A stretch of DNA of 64,000 nucleotides from Candidatus Omnitrophota bacterium (GTDB taxonomy: Bacteria > Omnitrophota > Gorgyraeia > JABMRN01 > RBG-13-46-9), in contig JABMQJ010000029.1 in NCBI GenBank assembly GCA_013203315.1, positions 635-64,634 of the forward strand. Direction: 5' to 3'. The notes below the pieces were generated by a model. It was given only the letters and a program-made list of their open reading frames with translations. It was not told the DNA's origin and made no database searches. Every line of letters begins with the position of its first letter. Position 1 is the stretch's first letter. A program made the translations under genes and the position numbers. Below are positions 57,682 to 64,000 of this stretch, one piece after another.

Positions 57682-58800
57682 GTGATAAAAAATTTCGTTA
57701 AGAAAAATTGGATATATATAACACTTTTTTTACTCATCGTAACCATAAACGTTACGCCTATGTTTACGAAGAAAGAAAAAGTCCAAGATAAAGTCAAAGC
57801 TGAAATCGGATTAGAAGAGGGAAAGGCTGAAAGCCCCACCCTATTTTTGGGGTTTGACGAAGCGCAGGACCGCAGCAAAAAAATAGAAAATACATTAAAA
57901 ACCAATCTCCCACTTTATCTTTTTTACCTATGCTGTAATCTCCTCATCGTATTCATGTTTTTCTCAGGCCTTGCGCTCGACGGGTATTTCCTCTTTAGCA
58001 AATTCAAGAAAAAAGACGTTTTACAAAAAACCGGCGATATAGATCCTCCGGGATGGAAGATAGGCGACATTTTCAAGATAGTTATTTTAGCATTTGCGTT
58101 CGGCTATCTATTTTTTATGGTACTCAGTTTCTGTCTTGGCTCTGTGCAGAGCGTAATGAAAACGAAATTTACGTTTCTTAAAAATAATAATTTTAGAATG
58201 ATTTTTGATACAGTCATACTGGACGTTATTGTGCTCTTGATTATCCTAAGATTCATGCATAAAGTTTACAAAAAGAAATTCGCAAGCCTCGGTTTTGTGA
58301 AGAAAAACATCAGGAAAAATATACTATACGGTATTTGCGGTTACGTGGCGATCGTACCGGTGATACTTATTCTCGGTATTTTAGTGTATATTCTTCTTAA
58401 CATCTTAAAAATCAAACCCCCTCCGCAGCCAATAGTCGGACTTTTTCTCGCTGAGACAAATGTCGCGCTTATATTCACTTCCAGCATAATCGCAGCTATC
58501 TTCGGCCCGGTGATAGAGGAAATATTCTTTAGAGGGGTCATGTATAACGCCGTAAAAAGGAAGTTCGGTGTTTTTGCGGGTATTTTTATAACAAGCGTGC
58601 TTTTCTCATTTCTGCATACCCATGCAATGACCTACTTTTTGGTAGGCTTTGTACCAATCTTGATATTGGGTATGGCGCTTGCCTATTTATATGAAAAAAC
58701 AGGTAGCCTTATCCCGTCGATAACGCTTCACATAATGAATAACGTAGGAAGCGTTTTTATGGTGTTTTTGTTCAGATATTTCAGCAACCTGGTTAAGTAA
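57682..58800 (+). CDS. CPBP family intramembrane metalloprotease (CAAX protease/Abi domain)
   Basis: GTG start. Motifs EEIFFRGVMYNAV and FSFLHT (EExxxR, FxxxH). Polytopic. Confidence 0.7.
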   Translation: MIKNFVKKNWIYITLFLLIVTINVTPMFTKKEKVQDKVKAEIGLEEGKAESPTLFLGFDEAQDRSKKIENTLKTNLPLYLFYLCCNLLIVFMFFSGLALDGYFLFSKFKKKDVLQKTGDIDPPGWKIGDIFKIVILAFAFGYLFFMVLSFCLGSVQSVMKTKFTFLKNNNFRMIFDTVILDVIVLLIILRFMHKVYKKKFASLGFVKKNIRKNILYGICGYVAIVPVILILGILVYILLNILKIKPPPQPIVGLFLAETNVALIFTSSIIAAIFGPVIEEIFFRGVMYNAVKRKFGVFAGIFITSVLFSFLHTHAMTYFLVGFVPILILGMALAYLYEKTGSLIPSITLHIMNNVGSVFMVFLFRYFSNLVK

Positions 58801-58816
58801 AGGATGGTTTAATAAA

Positions 58817-59848
58817 ATGCCGGTACCCACGATAGAATGGAAACAAAATAAGGTAAAAATAATCGATCAAAGCGTTCTTCCCGGTAAAATGCGATTTATC
58901 TATTGCACCTCGACGCGATCGATCTGGAGTATCATAAAATACATGAAAATACGCGGGGCACCGGCCATAGGTATCGCGGCTGCCTTCGGAGTATATCTAG
59001 GCGTTAGAAATTCAACCAACAAAAATTTTGCCAAAGATTTAAACAAAACCATAAACTATTTAGCAACCTCAAGGCCAACGGCGGTAAATCTTTTTTGGGC
59101 GCTTGAAAGAATGGGTAAAATTGCGCGCAAACATAAGGATGAGCCCATTGCAAAGATAAAGAAAACCTTGTTAAAAGAAGCGAAAAGCGTTCTTATCGAG
59201 GATAAAACAATCTGCAGAAAGATGGGTAAGTTCGGAAGCGCGCTTATAAAAAGTAAGGATAATATCCTTACGCATTGTAACGCAGGCGGGCTTGCTACTG
59301 CTGATTATGGTACGGCGCTTGGTGTAATTTTTGCGGCCCACAGCCAGAAAAAGAAAATAAGGGTTTATGCTGATGAGACGCGGCCTGTTTTACAGGGCGC
59401 GCGCCTTACGGCGTGGGAACTTATGCGCGAAGGCGTAGATGGGACTCTTATCTGTGATAATGCCGCAGCAAGTTTAATGGCAGGCGGCAAGATTGACAAG
59501 GTAATCGTTGGCGCCGATAGAATAGCCGGAAACGGCGACGCGGCGAATAAAATCGGGACATACAGCTTAGCTGTTTTAGCGCATCATCACAAAGTGCCTT
59601 TTTATGTCGTTGCGCCAATCTCAACCATTGACACAAATATCAAGTCAGGTAGAAGCATACCCATTGAACAGCGTAATCCCGACGAGGTAAGAAAGATAAA
59701 AAACATTTATATAGCCCCTAAAAAGGTAAAAGTTTTTAACCCTGCTTTTGACGTGACACCGAATCGTTTCATAACAGCGATTATTACCGAAAAAGGAATT
59801 TTACGAAAACCTTTTTTACGCAGCATAAGGAAAGCATGCGCGAACTAG
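58817..59848 (+). CDS. mtnA: S-methyl-5-thioribose-1-phosphate isomerase (eIF-2B alpha/beta/delta family)
   Basis: ...IRGAPAIGIAAAFGVYLG... and C-terminal ...CNAGGLATADYGTALGVI... are typical of MtnA. Confidence 0.8.
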   Translation: MPVPTIEWKQNKVKIIDQSVLPGKMRFIYCTSTRSIWSIIKYMKIRGAPAIGIAAAFGVYLGVRNSTNKNFAKDLNKTINYLATSRPTAVNLFWALERMGKIARKHKDEPIAKIKKTLLKEAKSVLIEDKTICRKMGKFGSALIKSKDNILTHCNAGGLATADYGTALGVIFAAHSQKKKIRVYADETRPVLQGARLTAWELMREGVDGTLICDNAAASLMAGGKIDKVIVGADRIAGNGDAANKIGTYSLAVLAHHHKVPFYVVAPISTIDTNIKSGRSIPIEQRNPDEVRKIKNIYIAPKKVKVFNPAFDVTPNRFITAIITEKGILRKPFLRSIRKACAN

Positions 59849-60726
59849 AATTTATTCGATATATTACCCGTAAGTTCAAGACCAAAAGCCCGGTTGTTTT
59901 CGGCATAGGCGATGATTGCGCCGTTATCAAGCATACAAAGGACAAATTTTTACTTTTAACATGTGACATGATTGTAGAACGCACGCATTTTACGAGTAAA
60001 ACGCGTGCGTTCGAAATCGGGTGGAAGGCCATGGCAGTCAATATAAGCGACATAGCTTCAATGGGCGGCATTCCGAAGTACGCATTAGTGGCAGCCGCAG
60101 TTCCCCGGGGAAAAAATGTAAGATTCCTGAAGGAAATCATCCGGGGAGTAGAAAAAATTTCAAAAAAATTTAACATATCCATTATAGGCGGCGATACAAA
60201 TAGTTCCGAAAGAATAGTTTTGAGCGTTACATTGATAGGCGAGGCCGAGAAAAAGTACCTTACAAAAAGAGACGGGGCTAAACCCGGAGATTTAATATTT
60301 GTAACCGGCGCGCTAGGCGAAGGAAAGTCCAAACACCTTAATTTTTTACCACGCCTTTCGGAATCAAGAAAACTAGTTAAAAACTTTAAGATAAACTCTA
60401 TGATAGATTTATCAGATGGTTTAGCCATGGATTTAAATAGGCTAGCCGTGGCAAGTAATGTCGGAGCGTGCGTTTACAAGAGCTTAATACCGCTTTCAAA
60501 AAAATCAGAACCACTCGAAAAAAGTATTTTTGCAGGTGAAGACTTCGAACTTCTTTTCACAGCCTCTATCGCGGAATCAAGAAAGATAATAAAGCGCATG
60601 GGCGAGAAAGATAGCCTCCCCATAACGCTTATAGGCGAAATTGTTAAAAAACCCCTGGGCGTTGGGCTCATCGGGGATAACGGGAAACTAACGCCGCTTA
60701 AGCCGAAAGGATACGCGCATTTTTGA
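59836..60726 (+). CDS. thiL: Thiamine-monophosphate kinase
   Basis: AIR synthase-related fold with GDDCAVIK...LLLTCDMIVERTHF. Confidence 0.8.
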   Translation: MRELEFIRYITRKFKTKSPVVFGIGDDCAVIKHTKDKFLLLTCDMIVERTHFTSKTRAFEIGWKAMAVNISDIASMGGIPKYALVAAAVPRGKNVRFLKEIIRGVEKISKKFNISIIGGDTNSSERIVLSVTLIGEAEKKYLTKRDGAKPGDLIFVTGALGEGKSKHLNFLPRLSESRKLVKNFKINSMIDLSDGLAMDLNRLAVASNVGACVYKSLIPLSKKSEPLEKSIFAGEDFELLFTASIAESRKIIKRMGEKDSLPITLIGEIVKKPLGVGLIGDNGKLTPLKPKGYAHF

Positions 60727-61148
60727 AGACGCAATATATAACAAAGAACCCTAAAGAGACCTTTGATTTAGGGGTTAAATTCGGAAAGGGCTTAAAGCCC
60801 GGGGCAGTCGTAGCACTTATAGGAGAACTTGGCACCGGGAAAACACTTTTTACAAAAGGAATTGCCAAGGCACTGGGCGTTAAAGAGTATGAAGACGTGA
60901 ATAGCCCTTCCTTTGTTATCGTGAAAGAGTATAAGTCAAAAAAAGCGCCCCTTTATCATTTCGATTTTTACAGATTGAAACCCTCAAGCGGCTTAGATAC
61001 AATAGGTTATGAAGAATATTTTTACTCCGGAGGCGTAAGCGTTGTAGAATGGGCGGATAGAGCGGTGGATCTTCTGCCGGATAAGTATATTTGCCTGAAA
61101 TTCAGGCATCTCGGAAAAGATAAGAGAAAAATAACGGTAAAAAAATGA
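60723..61148 (+). CDS. tsaE: tRNA t6A biosynthesis ATPase TsaE (YjeE)
   Basis: P-loop ALIGELGTGKTLFTKGIAKALG. About 140 aa. Confidence 0.85.
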   Translation: MKTQYITKNPKETFDLGVKFGKGLKPGAVVALIGELGTGKTLFTKGIAKALGVKEYEDVNSPSFVIVKEYKSKKAPLYHFDFYRLKPSSGLDTIGYEEYFYSGGVSVVEWADRAVDLLPDKYICLKFRHLGKDKRKITVKK

Positions 61149-61813
61149 AAATCTTGGGGATAGATACATCCACGAAGTTTTTGGGCGCGGCAATCATAGA
61201 TGAAAGAGGTGTTTTAGCCGGCTACCAGGACGAGGGCGACTTAAAGCATTACGCGACACTAGTGCCTACGATAGACCGCCTCCTCAAGAAATGCCACCTG
61301 AAATTAAAAAACATCGATGCCATAGCTTTAAGTATAGGCCCGGGGTCCTTTACGGGTTTACGGATAGGGGTCGCAACGTGCAAGGGAATAAATATGGCTC
61401 TGGGGATACCCATAGTAGCCATACCTACGCTTGACGTTATAGCCGAGAATTTCTCGGATGAAAAAAATTACATGCTTTGCCCGCTTTTGGACGCAAAAAA
61501 GAAGAAGGTTTACGCCTGTTTATTCGATGGCAAGAGAGGCCTAAAGAGGCTTACTGATTACATGTTGCTTGACGTGGCGAGCCTCCTTAAAAAAATAAAA
61601 AATCCGACACTTATTTTCGGGGACGCTGTCGGGCTCTATAAGGATTCATTAGAAAAAAATTCTTATGTTAATGTTTCGACGAAAAGCTGGTATCCGCGTG
61701 CCGAAATCGTAGCAAGGCTTGGTCTTGCGAAAGCCAGAAAAAGAAAATTCACGAATCCCGATAGGCTGGCGCCGATGTATCTGCATTCAAAATACTGCCA
61801 GGTAAAAAAATGA
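61145..61813 (+). CDS. tsaB: tRNA t6A biosynthesis protein TsaB (YeaZ)
   Basis: MKILGIDTSTKFLGAAI... is an inactive Kae1/TsaD-like fold. Confidence 0.8.
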   Translation: MKILGIDTSTKFLGAAIIDERGVLAGYQDEGDLKHYATLVPTIDRLLKKCHLKLKNIDAIALSIGPGSFTGLRIGVATCKGINMALGIPIVAIPTLDVIAENFSDEKNYMLCPLLDAKKKKVYACLFDGKRGLKRLTDYMLLDVASLLKKIKNPTLIFGDAVGLYKDSLEKNSYVNVSTKSWYPRAEIVARLGLAKARKRKFTNPDRLAPMYLHSKYCQVKK

Positions 61814-62946
61814 AGAATAATATATCATACCGCCCCACATGGGCCGAGATCGATTTAGACGCCATAAAATATAATTGTCGAAGGATACAGAATGTTGTTG
61901 GCAGGAATACCGAAATAATGGCGGTCGTTAAAGCCAACGCATATGGGCATGGCATCGTCGAGGTATCCAGGATCCTCAATAAGATAAAAATCAGATATTT
62001 GGGCGTTGCCACATTGGATGAGGCGCTTGTATTGCGCAAAGCGAGGGTGAAGCTACCGATACTCATCCTGGGGTCAATCCTGCCGGAAGAGGCGGAAATC
62101 GCGATTAGAAACAACATTACAATAACCTTGTGCAACAGGGAACTACTGAAGGCCCTTAAAGATCTCGCCAAGAAAAAAATCGAATCAAAGGTGCACATAA
62201 AAGTAGATACAGGAATGGGAAGAATAGGCGTCTGGCACGAAGACGCGATAAAATTCGTAAAAGATGTAAAAAGAAATAAAGGCATAAAAATTGAAGGGAT
62301 TTATACGCATTTTTCTATTGCCGCCCGAGATAAATTTTTTACCCAATACCAAATCAATTCTTTTGAAAAAGTATTATCCGATCTAAAAAATTTAAAAATA
62401 GAAATTCCGATTCGACATGCGGCCAATTCCATAGCTTGCGTGGATTGGAAAAAATCCCGTCTCAACATGATAAGGCCGGGGATTATCATCTATGGAATTT
62501 ATCCAAAAAGGAATTTTCCCAAAATTTTAAAATTAAAACCGGCGTTTTCCCTTAAAACAAAAATAGTTTTCATGAAAGATGCCCCGCCCGGCCGCTCAAT
62601 AAGCTATGGCCGGACCTACATAACACAAGTTCAGACGAAAATCGCGACCCTTCCGATAGGATACGCTGACGGCTACGGGCGAATCCTATCAAACAAGGCC
62701 GAGGTTCTCGTTGGGGGCCACCGCGCGCCTGTTGTCGGGAAGGTCACCATGGACCAGACAATGGCAGATGTCGGACATCTCAAGAACGCAAAAGTCGGCG
62801 ACGAAGTCGTTCTCATAGGAAAGCAGAAAACCGAGGAGATAAGAATAGAGAGGCTCGCCCGACTTGCCGGAACCATTCCCTACGAAATAGTAACCGGCGT
62901 AACAAACCGCGTCCCGCGAGTGTATAAATATTCCGCCAAGCGCTAA
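61810..62946 (+). CDS. alr: Alanine racemase
   Basis: PLP-lysine motif AVVKANAYGHG and a C-terminal beta domain. Confidence 0.85.
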   Translation: MKNNISYRPTWAEIDLDAIKYNCRRIQNVVGRNTEIMAVVKANAYGHGIVEVSRILNKIKIRYLGVATLDEALVLRKARVKLPILILGSILPEEAEIAIRNNITITLCNRELLKALKDLAKKKIESKVHIKVDTGMGRIGVWHEDAIKFVKDVKRNKGIKIEGIYTHFSIAARDKFFTQYQINSFEKVLSDLKNLKIEIPIRHAANSIACVDWKKSRLNMIRPGIIIYGIYPKRNFPKILKLKPAFSLKTKIVFMKDAPPGRSISYGRTYITQVQTKIATLPIGYADGYGRILSNKAEVLVGGHRAPVVGKVTMDQTMADVGHLKNAKVGDEVVLIGKQKTEEIRIERLARLAGTIPYEIVTGVTNRVPRVYKYSAKR

Positions 62947-63171
62947 AAAGTGTACAGCGTCTACTTATAACTCATTGATTTTTAAAGGGTTCTGTCAAAG
63001 TGAAACGTCCCCATGAAAAAAATGAAATATTTAGGATTATAAAGGATTTTATATAGTAGGACATAGTGTAACAAAGACATAATAAAAAACCTAAAGCTTG
63101 GCGTTTAGACTTGGCAGAAAGTAAAAGTTTAAGCGCTATTTTTTTGTCAACTTGTTACGGAGGATAAAAAA

Positions 63172-63447
63172 GTGAGTTACGCGAAAAAAATAATTCTTAT
63201 TATAATTTGTATTATGTTGGCCTTCTCTAATGCTGCATGGGCTAAGGAGGAGAGTATTTTTTGCGTAAACGGATACATTTCCCGCAAGAGCGAAAAAATA
63301 ATAAACGAGTCCTCAACGGATTTTGCGAAAATGTGCAGGCAAAAAGTGGCAATGCTAAACGCGGCAGAAAATTTCGAAATTCCAGATCAAGGAGAAAGAC
63401 CGGACATTACCACGCGAACATTTTCCAAAGAAGAAGGTAGCAAATAA
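63172..63447 (+). CDS. Small secreted hypothetical protein
   Basis: GTG start with GGAGGA SD. Signal peptide KKIILIIICIMLAFSNAAWA. Confidence 0.4.
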   Translation: MSYAKKIILIIICIMLAFSNAAWAKEESIFCVNGYISRKSEKIINESSTDFAKMCRQKVAMLNAAENFEIPDQGERPDITTRTFSKEEGSK

Positions 63448-64000
63448 TGTTTACAGTAATTCAATACGTTAACTTTGGCTGCATTTTACTTGCCACAGTT
63501 TTTCTGGTCTGGATTGTAAACAGAACCTGCAGAAAAATTCTTTTACTTATTTTTAACGTTAAAGGCGCGCGTTGGAACATAGAGAAATTGCTCTTGGACA
63601 TAAGGGACGGCACAAAGAGATTCTACAAAGAAAAGCGAAAATTTCCCCGGGCAAGAGTAAAGAGCGGGATAACCGTAGAGATTGCCGGCAGTAACGCAAA
63701 CAAATATAACAAGGCCCTGGACATAAGCCGGGGAGGAGCGCTTTTAAGGACTCGCGCGCGTTTTAAGCTCGGAGAACGAATAAACATGAGTATATACCTT
63801 CCGCTATTTCCCCAACCGGTTAATATTGAAGCGAGAATAACTAGGGTCGCTGCTGCTCTTGGCACTCACAGTTTATTTCCCCTGTTCAATGTGGGGGTAG
63901 AATTTTTAAACATAATCCGCATGGACAATGACAAATTAGCTGAGACAGTGAATATGTTATTGAAATCCAAAGGGAACGGGAAGATGCAATCAATGACTGC
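63447..64000 (+). CDS. Membrane-anchored PilZ domain protein (3' partial; runs off the window end)
   Basis: Absent from the ORF track because there is no stop in the window. ATG at 63447 overlaps the upstream TAA. One TM segment (FGCILLATVFLVWIV), then PilZ motifs KEKRKFPRARV and DISRGGALLRT. Paralogous to the PilZ at 4612. Confidence 0.6.
   Translation, partial: MFTVIQYVNFGCILLATVFLVWIVNRTCRKILLLIFNVKGARWNIEKLLLDIRDGTKRFYKEKRKFPRARVKSGITVEIAGSNANKYNKALDISRGGALLRTRARFKLGERINMSIYLPLFPQPVNIEARITRVAAALGTHSLFPLFNVGVEFLNIIRMDNDKLAETVNMLLKSKGNGKMQSMT

Noticed and set aside
1-64000. tRNA, rRNA, CRISPR arrays, IS/transposase or integrase genes
   Set aside because: All intergenic gaps longer than 100 nt were inspected: 1-135, 4522-4611, 17668-17816, 20896-21244, 25177-25363, 28149-28321, 28625-29026, 30263-30580, 32000-32186, 34413-34559, 36898-37044 and 62947-63171. 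None contains a tRNA-like T-arm (GTTCGAATC-type) sequence or regularly spaced direct repeats. No ORF shows DDE transposase or tyrosine/serine recombinase motifs.

Overview
This ~64 kb window is from an AT-rich bacterial chromosome. It is almost entirely coding, and most genes are on the + strand. Core content is housekeeping:

- aminoacyl-tRNA synthetases: leuS, lysS, cysS, metG;
- secretion and translation: secA, prfB with its classic +1 programmed frameshift, rpsT;
- DNA replication and repair: holA, holB, uvrC;
- cell envelope: murJ, lnt;
- biosynthesis: ispD, ispF, cysE, tmk, thiL, alr, tsaE, tsaB.

The gene order is strikingly Firmicutes-like: yacL-ispD-ispF-cysE-cysS, tmk-holB-yaaT, metG-tatD, spoVG, mcsA-mcsB-clpC. 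Yet the window also carries clear outer-membrane/diderm machinery: LptE-like, BamD-like, LolC/E+LolD, MlaE/F/D, Lnt, and a GT9 heptosyltransferase. That suggests an unusual, possibly candidate-phylum, diderm lineage; I cannot name it.

The accessory part is a low-GC glycosylation/methylation gene cluster at ~17.8-32.1 kb. It encodes:

- an ArnT/PMT-like membrane glycosyltransferase (GT-C fold);
- a methyltransferase fused to a polyprenyl-phosphate (Ppm1/ArnC-like) family-2 glycosyltransferase (GT2);
- a family-9 heptosyltransferase (GT9);
- a paralogous standalone methyltransferase;
- a 630-aa polytopic membrane protein with an N-terminal SEC-C zinc motif;
- a family-4 glycosyltransferase (GT4);
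- a TMTC-like membrane glycosyltransferase with TPR repeats;
- a secreted DxDxDG calcium-binding repeat protein;
- another polytopic membrane protein;
- a B12-binding radical SAM enzyme.

The segment 20.9-32.2 kb is bracketed by imperfect direct repeats of the last ~75 nt of the yifB/comM gene. It also holds two gene remnants: a GT9 5' fragment and a frameshifted TPR C-terminal fragment. Together these point to acquisition or recombination at the 3' end of yifB. I regard this island as the most likely home of an undescribed surface-glycosylation system.

Separately, an ECF sigma / zinc anti-sigma / polysaccharide deacetylase operon and the nearby spoVG share a conserved ~40-nt motif immediately upstream of their ribosome-binding sites.

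No tRNA, rRNA, CRISPR or obvious IS/transposase was found.
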